A DNA stretch of 64,000 nucleotides, from the NCBI GenBank assembly GCA_034780895.1, contig JAUZTB010015204.1, forward strand, positions 1-64,000, read 5' to 3'. Of this stretch, positions 27,690 to 37,475 are shown in pieces. Under the pieces are notes generated by a model that worked only from the letters and a program-made list of their open reading frames with translations, did not search any database and was not told the origin of the DNA. The position numbers and the translations under genes were made by a program. Numbering within the stretch: position 1 is the first letter of the stretch; each line of letters opens with the position of its first letter. Source of the DNA: Rhynchobatus australiae. Its lineage: Eukaryota.

Positions 27690-28179
27690 AAGAAAAATGC
27701 TTAAAATAGAAATTAAAGACGGTAAAACTTGTTTTTTACGTTTACCTTTTTATCGAATCTTTAATGTCCTAAAAGCACCTTTTCAATGTCATGATTTAGT
27801 TAGTTCTAAAATGATGTTTAGTGATTTAAAGGAGCAATTTTCTTATTGTCAAATTAAGCTTTACGGGCAAAACCAATATTACTTTTTCAATGCCTTACAG
27901 AGCCTCAATAATTATCATTTTCGTATTAGTCGGCAAACTTTAGTTGAACTTAAAAATAAAAAATTTATTGTAGATAAAATAAGTACTAAAATTCATATTT
28001 ATTGGACTTTAAAAGCTGTTAATATTTTGAAAGCAGGGTATTTACCTAATTATAATAAAGAGCAATTAAATAAACTTTTTTTAAATCAAAATAATGAAAT
28101 AATTAATTTACAATGAAGTATTAGAGGTTTTAAAGTTTTATCAGAAGAACGTTTAGCATTCATTAAAAATTATTATTAA
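27649..28179 (+). CDS. Hypothetical protein
   Basis: 176-codon code-4 ORF overlapping the helicase end, with a GAGG RBS. Confidence 0.65.
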
Positions 28180-28207
28180 TTTATTAATATCCTTATGTAT
28201 TCTCTTG

Positions 28208-29635
28208 CTATGTTGAAAGCTTTATCAATTCGACTTTCACGCTCATCTCATTATCATCTAAGGAGACAAAAATAGTCGCTTCTATTTTGCTTTTGCCTTT
28301 TTCTTGGTAACGAATTGTAACAATTTTAAAAGCAGATGCAGTCTCTTTTAGAGGAATAGTTTTAGTAAGTAAACGATTAAGTTTTGCTAAGCTATTAGCT
28401 TTTTTAACTAATTCAAAATCATCAGTATTAAGACGATAAGGCATTTTACTTTTGACAGTCTTGAAATAATCATTAAGAAGTCTTTCATTTTCTGAAAGAA
28501 AACCATTGATATTAATCGTTTTTCCTTTGTAATTTTCTTCAAAAGTTCCACTATTATTAATTACTTTATTTTGAAAATCGCTATTGTCTTCTTTGGTCTT
28601 AAGTAACAACTTTATTTCTACGTATTTATCCTGAGCAGAAACGCTACTTAATTCTAAATTAAAGAGATCTTGATCATAATTAAATAACGGTGTCTCTTTT
28701 CCTGCTTCTTGCAATTTAGCAAGGTTATTATCAGCTAATGAATCAGCAAATTGTTTAGCACTTAATTCTTTGTTTTCGATTTTCAAATCTTCAATTTTTT
28801 TATTCACTAATATGTTTTTATATTGATTAAAAGCTTTGAGTTTAATTTGGCTTTCTGAATCAATAATTAGATTTTGAATTTGAATCGTTTTACCAATTTT
28901 GTTGTTGTCAATTTTTCCTTCTTCATTAAAATAGTTTTTACCTTTTTTAAGTTTGAAAGTTAAAAGTACTGTATTTTCTTGAGTCGTATCAATAGCGATA
29001 TTTTGGTTACTTAATTCAACACTAAAACCAGTCGGTGGATGAATTTTAGTTTGTAATAAAGTATTATATTTTGCTAAATTATGAACATCTTTTTTAAGCG
29101 CTTGGGAACTATAAAGTTTTCCAGTAGAGTTAAAATAATTTGCATTTTCTTTAAGGTTAATGCCTTTTAGTGAAGCGTAAAAGGCTTTGACATTTAAGAT
29201 TTCGTTTTTACTCAGAATTTTAAAATTATTAATTGTATATTTTTTTATTTTAGTTATTTTATTAAGCCTTAAAACGAAATCAAAACTAACGCTTTGATTG
29301 TTAATTTTAAAATTTTGTAAATTATAAATAATTCCTTTTTCAACTGCTTCTGTAAAAGGAATGCCTTCATTAACTCTTAACAATAAAAAAGGTATTTGAT
29401 TGTTTTGAGTAGCGTTTTTTATTACATTAACAAATTCTGTTGCACTCTCTTTAGTTTGATCTGAATTATTATTTTTCAGAGTAAATGTATCTGGAAAAGC
29501 TTTTAAATTTTCAGTGATTTTTTCTTGATCAGTTAATTCTCTAGTCGAAACACAAGCTGATAGCATTAAAGGTATTGAACTTAAACTTATTAACAGACTT
29601 AAAATATTTAAAAACTTTTTCAACTTTATTTTCAT
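28208..29635 (-). CDS. Lipoprotein of unknown function
   Basis: Signal peptide with lipobox LMLSAC; 475 aa. Confidence 0.85.
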   Translation of the reverse strand: MKIKLKKFLNILSLLISLSSIPLMLSACVSTRELTDQEKITENLKAFPDTFTLKNNNSDQTKESATEFVNVIKNATQNNQIPFLLLRVNEGIPFTEAVEKGIIYNLQNFKINNQSVSFDFVLRLNKITKIKKYTINNFKILSKNEILNVKAFYASLKGINLKENANYFNSTGKLYSSQALKKDVHNLAKYNTLLQTKIHPPTGFSVELSNQNIAIDTTQENTVLLTFKLKKGKNYFNEEGKIDNNKIGKTIQIQNLIIDSESQIKLKAFNQYKNILVNKKIEDLKIENKELSAKQFADSLADNNLAKLQEAGKETPLFNYDQDLFNLELSSVSAQDKYVEIKLLLKTKEDNSDFQNKVINNSGTFEENYKGKTININGFLSENERLLNDYFKTVKSKMPYRLNTDDFELVKKANSLAKLNRLLTKTIPLKETASAFKIVTIRYQEKGKSKIEATIFVSLDDNEMSVKVELIKLST

Positions 29636-29651
29636 TTTTGTATTTTACTAA

Positions 29652-30608
29652 TTAATTAGTGCCTTTTTTGTGATTATTTTGGATTTACTTTTTTTCTTTT
29701 TGGCTTTCAATTTTAATTCATGCAGCCGCTGCAATCATTGCCGCATTATCGGTAGCTAAATATAAAGGCGGAATAATAACATTAGTAAACTTTTTACTTA
29801 TTTGTTCACGCAAGTATTGATTGGCACTAACGCCTCCTCCAATAACTACACTTTTGAACTGATAATCAGCATAAAGCTTATCAACTTTTTCTAAAAGTAA
29901 ATTAATTAAATGTTTTTGTAAAGAACACGCTAAATCTTTAGCTGTATATTTTTGTGAATTTCAAAGGTTTACAACTTGTGATTTAATTCCGCTAAATGAT
30001 AAATCATACTGCTTAGTTTTAACTTGATTAAGTTTAATTGGTCGATAATTTTCGTCTTTACACAACTTTTCAATTGCTGGTCCACCAGGAAAACCTATGC
30101 CTAAGCGATTTGCAATTTTGTCTAAGACTTCACCTAGAGCATCATCTAAAGTGTTACCCATAATAGTAAAATCATTTTTAAATTCACTTTTTATTAATAA
30201 ACTATGTCCTCCTGAAACGACAATTCCTAAAACTGGATACTGATATTCCTTTTCAAAAAGTCCTGAATAAAAATGACCTTCTAAGTGATTAATGGCTATC
30301 AAAGGTAGATTAAAAGTGAGTGCTAAAGCTTGTGCAGCCAAATATCCTATGTGTAAAGTGCCTAATAATCCAGGTTCTTTAGTGTAAGCAATACAATCTA
30401 AATTGTTAATTAAATTTTTTTTTTTAACTTCATCAATTAGTGATAATAAATTATGAACGTGCTGTCTTGATGCTAATTCAGGAATGGTGCCACCAAATTT
30501 TGCAAAAAAATCAGCTTGAGATAAAGTTTTTAAATAAACTATTTTTTTGTTCTCAACTATACTTAAAGAGGAATCATCATGACTCGTTTCAATTGCTAAG
30601 ATTTTCAT
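29652..30608 (-). CDS. tsaD: tRNA N6-threonylcarbamoyltransferase
   Basis: ILAIETSHDD, PELASRQH, NHLEGH, SGGH, GGGVSAN and DNAAMIA motifs. Confidence 0.96.
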
Positions 30609-31129
30609 TTTGGAACTCCAATATTTGGTTTTTTCAAATAATAAGGCTCAACATCTAAAGCGTTTTTTTCTTCTTTAAATTGATTTTTAAGTTCGTGAAA
30701 ATTATTAATTAAAAATTGATAATCATAATTTTGAAAGCAATAATTTTGTGGTTTGGCAACTAAACTTAATTGTCCTGATTTTTTTTGATAAGCAAAATTG
30801 CCACGTGCATCAATAAGCTTATTTTGATTTTTAAAAAAGGTAAAACTATCAGTTGTAAATAAAGGAATTTTATTTAAATAACTAAGTGTTTGAAAAAAAA
30901 CTAAAGTGGCTCTAATGCCTGTAAAATAACCAGGACCTTTTGAACAAAAAAGACCTTTCAGATCGTTTATTTTTAAGTTTTGAGTTTCTAAAATTTTTTG
31001 AAAGGCAGAAATTAAAAGTTCAACTTTTTGTTTAATTTTAGGTTCAATTATGACACTAATTTTTTGAAAATTTTGATCAAATAAAACTAAATAAAAATCA
31101 TAATAAGTAGTATCAGCAAATAAATACAT
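30605..31129 (-). CDS. tsaB: tRNA threonylcarbamoyladenosine biosynthesis protein TsaB
   Basis: GPGYFTGIR, IDARG and EPYYLKKP motifs. Overlaps tsaD. Confidence 0.9.
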   Translation of the reverse strand: MYLFADTTYYDFYLVLFDQNFQKISVIIEPKIKQKVELLISAFQKILETQNLKINDLKGLFCSKGPGYFTGIRATLVFFQTLSYLNKIPLFTTDSFTFFKNQNKLIDARGNFAYQKKSGQLSLVAKPQNYCFQNYDYQFLINNFHELKNQFKEEKNALDVEPYYLKKPNIGVPK

Positions 31130-31163
31130 TTTTTTCCTATTTATTTATAGTACATTTGATTTT

Positions 31164-31193
31164 AAAAAAGTAGCAAAGAATTGCTACTTTTTT
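31164..31193 (-). terminator. Intrinsic terminator between the tsaE fusion gene and tsaB
   Basis: Perfect inverted repeat aaaaaagtagcaa-agaa-ttgctactttttt. Confidence 0.7.
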
Positions 31194-31206
31194 GCTGGAA
31201 GACGTT

Positions 31207-31998
31207 TTAATAAATACTTTTTATTTGTTTGTTTTTTAAAAAACCTTTTAAAATTAATATTTCTATTGCATCTTTTAAAAACGCTGAAGTTTCTGCGAAT
31301 AAGGTTTCAACAAACTCAACACCTCGTGCTTCCAAGTCTTTAAAAATTTTATTTCAATAATTAACCGTATCTTTACGCCAAACTCATAAGCTTAAAATTT
31401 CTCTTTGACGAATTTTATTAAAAGCACTTAAAACGTTTAATATTAATTCTTGTTTTAAACCTTTTCGAATAGTGCGAAAGGAAAGCTTATTAATAAAAAT
31501 AGCATCGTATCTTTTTTCTAATAAACGACTGTTCCAAGTTTTTAAATTATGTTGAATTTTGCTTTGCATTGATAAAAGTCATTGATCATTATTAGCAAGA
31601 TTATAAATTCAAGCGAGTTGCTGATTGATAGCGTTTTGTGATAAGTTTTTAGCGAATAAGACCGGAACCTTACTTTCAATGATAGTAACATCACTTTGGT
31701 ATTTTTTTATTAATTTAGTAGTAAATGTTCTGTTTTTGTCGCGCGGAATTTTGGTGTTTATTTTTCCTGTTGAAAACCTAAAAATGCGTTTACTATAACC
31801 GTTTCGGTAATTGTCGCTTTTGTGTCTAGATTCTTGGTCTCATTTTGAGTAACCTAAGTAAGTTGAAAGTTCCGCTTCTAAAGTTGTTCTAATAAATTCT
31901 GCAACAATAACATTTATTAGTTTTTTAATTTCAAGATTAGTTTTTAAAATTTTACTGATGACTTTTTCATTTTCGTTTTCAGTATTTTGATTTTTCAT
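31207..31998 (-). mobile_element. IS256-family transposase-derived domain (truncated, catalytic Asp residues lost)
   Basis: LEAEL..LGY, RNGY, IPRD, KYQ, WNSRLL, ILSLW and DLEARGV motifs. FINK and FAET replace the two catalytic Asp motifs, and there is no CxxH/Glu region. No terminal inverted repeats seen. Confidence 0.8.
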
Positions 31999-32394
31999 CT
32001 TATTTTCCTCAATGAATTCAATTTGGTAAATGTAGTTATTGGAACTTTTGTTAATATTAATAATTACATCTGCTTGGAGTTGATAATCGAGACGATTGGC
32101 TCATTCGATAAAAACAGTTTTATCTTCAAAATAATCTTCAAAAAAACTTAGATCACCGTGGTGATTGTATAAATCTAAATGAACAATATTTTGATAACTA
32201 TGCATAACGTTAAACGACGGACTTTTAATAGAAATGCCAGCTTCTAAAAAAGGAGCTAAAGTTTTTACAAAAGTAGTTTTTCCGCTTCCCAATTCACCAT
32301 TTAAAAAAATTACTTTTTTTTGAAAACGCTTTCAATTATTTGCTAAATATTGTTTTAGACTTGTTAAACAATTAATTACTAAAATATCATTCAT
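31207..32394 (-). CDS. tsaE: TsaE ATPase fused in frame to an IS256-transposase-derived domain (395 aa)
   Basis: The N-terminal 132 aa carry GELGSGKT, SPSF, HLDLY and FIEW. The frame continues without a stop (..QIEFIEENK-MKNQ..) into LEAELSTYLGY..YRNGYSKR..IPRDK. Confidence 0.85.
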
Positions 32395-32441
32395 TTTACT
32401 ATTATAATTAGAATATTTTTTTAATATTTATAATTAAAAAC

Positions 32442-33497
32442 ATGATAAGGAAAGTTTTGGAAAAAATAAATAAAAACTCTCATTTTTTATTAATTATCAT
32501 TAATTATGTCATTTCAAATAACGAACAAAAATTGTATATAGCAGATTCACAAAAAAAACATCTTTTTTATGAAACTTTGAGAAAAATTTATTTCATAGCA
32601 ATATTTTTTTTCATTATAGTTTCTTTTGGTTTAGTAGTTATTGATCGTGCTAATGCAGTGAAATTTAGAAATTCAATTACACTTAGCGAAACCTTCATTT
32701 TCTTTGTACTTTTAGTTGATTATATGTTGTGAGCACTAACCCATCGTGTGCGTCATAACGGTAAGCAACTTTCCGCCTTTTTATACCCTTTTACTTTTGG
32801 CGGCATCATTGCTTTATTATCACTTTTTCCTTCATTTTGGGTAATTAACAATTTTTTACCAAAAAGAATTGTTGGTTTAGACGTTTTAAAATCACTAGTA
32901 TTTTTAAGATTAGGAAGGATTTTACAAATTCTTTCCGTTTTTAAGCCTTTCGAGATTTTAATTAACGCCTTAAGAAAACAAAGGCGCATTTTATTCAATG
33001 TTTTTTTGTTTGCTATCATTTTAATTTTGCTCTTTGCGGCAATTATTTATAATGCAGAAAGCAATGAGCAGCCTGATAATTTAAAAAATTATTGAGATGC
33101 TATTTACTTCACAACAATTACACTAACAACGATTGGTTTTGGTGATATTTATCCAGTTACAGAATTTGGAAGAATTATTATTATAATTTTATCTTTAAGT
33201 GGCATTGCCTTAATTGCTATTCCTTCAGGTATTATTGCGGGAGCTTTTCTAGAAGAAATTCAATTACATAAAAAAAATCAAAAAGAAAATTTCAAAGAAG
33301 TTATGACTAAAAATAAATACAGTCTCAAAGTGCGTAATTATTTTTATTATCAAAATGATCATGATTTTTTTAACATTAATAAATATAAGCAAAAATATTT
33401 ATTAATAAATTCTCAAAAGAAAAAAACTTCTTTAGAAAAAAACGCTAAAGAAGAAAGTAATAGCAAAAAAAGTTTTGAAAATGAAAAAGAAAAATAA
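32442..33497 (+). CDS. Potassium channel (ion transport) protein
   Basis: S4-like FLRLGRILQIL and pore motif WDAIYFTTITLTTIGFGDIYP. Confidence 0.9.
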
Positions 33498-33519
33498 CGA
33501 AATAATTCGTTATTTTTTT
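33490..33519. terminator. Bidirectional terminator between the K+ channel and msrB
   Basis: aaaaataacgaa-ataa-ttcgttattttt hairpin. Confidence 0.65.
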
Positions 33520-33536
33520 GATCTCGATTGAAAGTT

Positions 33537-33965
33537 TTAATCAAAGATTTTTAAATAATCTTGATACCCTTCTTGAGCCATTTTATGATAAGGAATGAAG
33601 CGTAAAGAAGCTGAGTTGATACAATAACGAAGTCCACCTTTTTCAATTGGGCCATCGTTAAATACGTGTCCTAAATGTGAATCAGCATTGGCTGAGCGCA
33701 CTTCCGTCCGTCTCATTCCGAAAGTGTTATCAACTATTTCAGTAACGATTTTTTCATTAACTGGTTTAGTAAATGCTGGTCAACCACAACCTGAGTCGTA
33801 TTTATCTAAAGAAGAAAATAACACTTTACCATCAACTATATCAACGTAAATACCTTTTTCAAAGTGATCATCATATTCATTAACGAAAGGTCTTTCGGTA
33901 GCATTTTCTTGAGTAACTTGATATTGAATATCAGTAAGTCGTTTTTTTAAATTATTTTTATTCAT
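33537..33965 (-). CDS. msrB: Peptide-methionine (R)-S-oxide reductase
   Basis: [25 protein letters not shown] and RYCINS motifs. Confidence 0.96.
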
Positions 33966-34268
33966 TGTTTACCTCATTTCTTTGTGTCTTAATTATCTTA
34001 CTTTTTTTCCAAAATAAGAAAAAGTTCTTTAAATTATCATTTTTTTTATGTAAATTACTTTTTTTTATAATTACATTAATTTTTTGAGTTAATCTTTAAT
34101 GCGCTTTAATTGAAGTTTTTGAAAGCTAGTGTTAACTATTAAAAAAAAGCCTTTTTTAAAAATTGCTTAATTTTAAGGATATATATTTCAAGAAAAGGTT
34201 TGTTTTTTATTGTAAAATTGTAAAATATCAATTTATAGACTTTGTTAATTTTATGGAAAGGAACTTCA

Positions 34269-34463
34269 ATGCCCGGAAAAGACCAATTAACTGGACAAAA
34301 AGCTTTGTTTGGTAATAATCGCTCACACGCTCTTAATAGTACGCGAAGACGTTTTGATTTAAATTTACGTAAAATTACGATTAAACAAGAAAACGGGCGT
34401 AAAGTTCGACTTCGAGTTACTGCCAAAACTGCACGAACGTTACGCAAACACGGTAAAATCTAA
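34269..34463 (+). CDS. rpmB: 50S ribosomal protein L28
   Basis: GNNRSHALNSTRRRFDLNL motif. Confidence 0.96.
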   Translation: MPGKDQLTGQKALFGNNRSHALNSTRRRFDLNLRKITIKQENGRKVRLRVTAKTARTLRKHGKI

Positions 34464-34518
34464 ATCTATAATTTTAAAAGGCTTTGCCTTTTTTTATTTA
34501 TTTTAATAAATTCACTCT

Positions 34519-34551
34519 AAAAATGCAACTCCCAAAGGAGCTGCATTTTTA
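34519..34551 (-). terminator. Terminator downstream of the NCS2 permease
   Basis: aaaaatgca-actcccaaaggagc-tgcattttt hairpin. A second small hairpin (aaaaggctttgcctttt) follows rpmB. Confidence 0.55.
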
Positions 34552-34592
34552 GTCTAAATTAATTAGTTAAACTTTTTTATTCATTACTAAAC

Positions 34593-36176
34593 TTAAGATC
34601 AAAAAGGAATAGAAACGAAATAAGCTAAAGAAATACAAAAGATGGCAATATATCCAATGTTAAAAACAATTTTTTTGTAATCAATCGCTATTATTTCCTT
34701 AGCTTCAACTTGTGAACTAGCCTGCACTAAATCACTTTGAGAAGTGCCTTTAGCGATATTAAGTTTTTTGCGTGTTGCAGTTTTGAAACGATCAAAATTA
34801 ATGTTTTTGTTGTTTAATCAAACTTTAATAAAACCAATTACGTGTAATAAATAGAAAACAAGAACTCCGGATGCAATTCCATCAGCAACTGAATAACTTA
34901 AAGTTCCAATCATTACGGTTACGATTAAAACAGGAATATCAATGTATTTTTTTCATTCGAAATGTTTTAATTGACTAGCCATTAAAATACCTACAAGGAA
35001 TAATGAAGGGCCAGTAACTGGTGAGCGTTTTGCTATTGTTGGTAGAAGTGGACCCATAATCGGCCAGGCAGCCGCGGAAATAGCAAAAAGAAAAGCTATC
35101 AAAAGAGACGAAATCCCCGTTCTGGCTCCAGCAGCAACTCCCACCGAAGATTCAATAAATGATGTTGTTGTGGAAGTGAGAAAAAGAGCACCGACAATCG
35201 TTGAAGTTCCATCAACAATATTAGCTTTTTTTAATCATTTATCTGATTCTGGACCTTCAATTGGTAAATCAGCTAAGAGCCCAATCGCTACTAAAGCACC
35301 GGTAGTATCAAAAAAGTCAATGTATAGACAAACAAAGATGACAATTAGAATTTTTGGACTTAAGTCCTTAAATGATTCTCAAACGCTTGTGCTAAGTTGA
35401 CTAAATTTTGAAAGTTCACCATATTTTTTCAAAACGAAAACTGAACCTGCTTCTGTATTACCAGCTCCATAAGCTATTGCTAACATAATCACGCCCAAAA
35501 TCACGGAAATAACAATTGCGCCTTTAACTTTAAAGAAGAAGAGTAATATTAAGATTACAGTTGTGACTAAACCAATAAGAACAATTGGATTAGTAAGATC
35601 TCCAATCTTAGTATTTGTACTTACAGCAATAGTAGTCGCTCCAGTTTCATCAGTAATTGGGAATGCACCAGTTGAAATAATGCCCATATTTGAAAGACCG
35701 ACGTAAGCTATGAAAAACCCAATCATAACCGCAATTGCAAGTTTCAAGTTTTTAGGCACAGCTTTAATTATGCGTTTACGTAAAGGTGTGACGGCAATGA
35801 CAACGTATAAAACACCTGAAAGTAAAGTGCCTAATAAAGCCGTTTGGATGTTTAGTCCAAGTCCAAAGGGACTAGCTACGGTATAGGCTATAAAGGCGTT
35901 TAAACCTAAACCGGGAGCTAAAGCGACAGGAACATTGGCGACAATCCCCATCAAAAAAGTTCCAATTACAGCTGAAATTACGGTCCCTAAAAAGAAAACG
36001 CCGGTAAAATCAACACCGGCACCAGCAGCATCACTGAGAATACTTGGGTTGACTGCCAAAATGTAAGCCATTGCTAAAAAAGTTGACAAGCCACCATAAA
36101 GTTCTTTTTTGAAAGTCGTACTTCTATCGCGAATTCCAAAAAATTTCTCAATTTTTTTAAATGTTGTTACAAACAT
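34593..36176 (-). CDS. NCS2/AzgA-family guanine/hypoxanthine permease (PbuG-like)
   Basis: GLSTFLAMAYILAVNP, APGLGLNAF, DFFDTTG, FIESSVGVAAGARTG and SYSVADGI motifs. Confidence 0.9.
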
Positions 36177-36288
36177 AATTTGATAATTATATATTTTTTA
36201 TATTTAATTTCCTTTCTTGAAATATTCAAAACTAAAAACCACTTCCTGTTTTTATGATTATTAGTATTTTTTTAGTAGTAATAAGCCA

Positions 36289-36354
36289 AATAAGTTGTCG
36301 ACATTTAAGGTGTCTTGTAGAAACGCCTCACCGTATTAGAGACATAAACTTATT
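36289..36354 (-). ncRNA. Purine (guanine-type) riboswitch aptamer, variant
   Basis: Minus strand folds as P1 AAUAAGUU/AACUUAUU, P2 GUCUC/GAGGC with loop UAAUACGGU, J2/3 GUUUCUAC, P3 GACA/UGUC with loop CCUUAAA, then GAC into P1. It lies in the leader of a purine permease. Confidence 0.85.
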
Positions 36355-36363
36355 ACTGATTTT

Positions 36364-36372
36364 ATTTTATCA
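36364..36372 (-). promoter_or_regulatory. Extended -10 promoter for the riboswitch/permease transcript
   Basis: TGnTAAAAT about 10 nt upstream of P1. Confidence 0.55.
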
Positions 36373-36620
36373 CAAGCTTTAAGAAATGTTTTTGGCATTT
36401 TTAATTGAAATTTTTTTTGAAAATTTTTCTTATTTTCTTTATATTTTTATAAACAAATATTTATCATTGCACACCTTTATTAAAATTATTTTTTGCTTAA
36501 AACCAGATTGCTTACATTTGAAAATGTTTAATTCAAAAGATAATTTTTTTGTTTAATAAAAAGCTTTTAATTTATATATTACTTTTAAGTAATGTGAAAT
36601 TTATTAGTATAATTTTAATT

Positions 36621-37475
36621 ATGTTTGGTCACCAAAAGATCTTAGATAATAAGAAAATTATCATTAAAAATTTAACTTTTCAATATCATGAAAATTTTAA
36701 AGCAGCTCTTAATAATATTAGTTTTGAAATCGAGCGTGGTGAATACGTCGTTTTTGTTGGTCATAATGGTTGCGGAAAATCTACTTTAGCAAAAATTTTA
36801 GCTGGCGTTTTACCTTTACAAAAAGGCAGTGTTTCGATTTTTGGAAATCAAATTAATGAAAAGAACAAACGCCAACTAAAACAAAAAGTCGGCATCATTT
36901 TTGATAATCCAGATTATCAACTGATTGGTTCAACAGTTAAAGAAGATATCATTTTTGGCTTAGAGAATTTCAATGTTGAAGTTTCCAAAATGGATCAAAT
37001 TGTTGATGATGTTTTAACTAAAGTTAATATGCAAGAACATAAAAATAGTTCACCAATCCATCTTTCCGGAGGACAAAAACAAAAAGCAGCACTAGCTACA
37101 ATTTTGGCAAATCAACCCGAATTAGTAATTTTTGATGAAGCTCTTTCGATGTTAGATAGTCAAGGAAAAAAACAAATTTCAGAAATTATTCATGTTCTCA
37201 GAAAACGTCTTCAACAAACCATCATATCCATAACTCATGATATGGAAGAGATCAAATTAGCTGATCGTGTTATTGTTTTTAATGATGCTCAAATTGTTTC
37301 AATTACTAATTATGAGGAACTAATTGAAAAACCTCTTTTTTTAAAAGAAAACCATCTATCTTTACCTTTTAGTTGTGAATTAAGCCACGCTTTGATTCAA
37401 GCCCAAATACCTTTAAAATCGTGCAATCATAACCATCAATCTTTAATCGAGGAATTATGTTCAATTATGAAATAG
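36621..37475 (+). CDS. ecfA1: ECF transporter ATPase A1
   Basis: GHNGCGKST, NPDYQ, LSGGQKQ and ITHD motifs. Confidence 0.9.
   Translation: MFGHQKILDNKKIIIKNLTFQYHENFKAALNNISFEIERGEYVVFVGHNGCGKSTLAKILAGVLPLQKGSVSIFGNQINEKNKRQLKQKVGIIFDNPDYQLIGSTVKEDIIFGLENFNVEVSKMDQIVDDVLTKVNMQEHKNSSPIHLSGGQKQKAALATILANQPELVIFDEALSMLDSQGKKQISEIIHVLRKRLQQTIISITHDMEEIKLADRVIVFNDAQIVSITNYEELIEKPLFLKENHLSLPFSCELSHALIQAQIPLKSCNHNHQSLIEELCSIMK

Noticed and set aside
31130-32050. Active IS256 insertion sequence
   Set aside because: No terminal inverted repeats or target duplication seen, catalytic residues are absent and the C-terminal part is missing.
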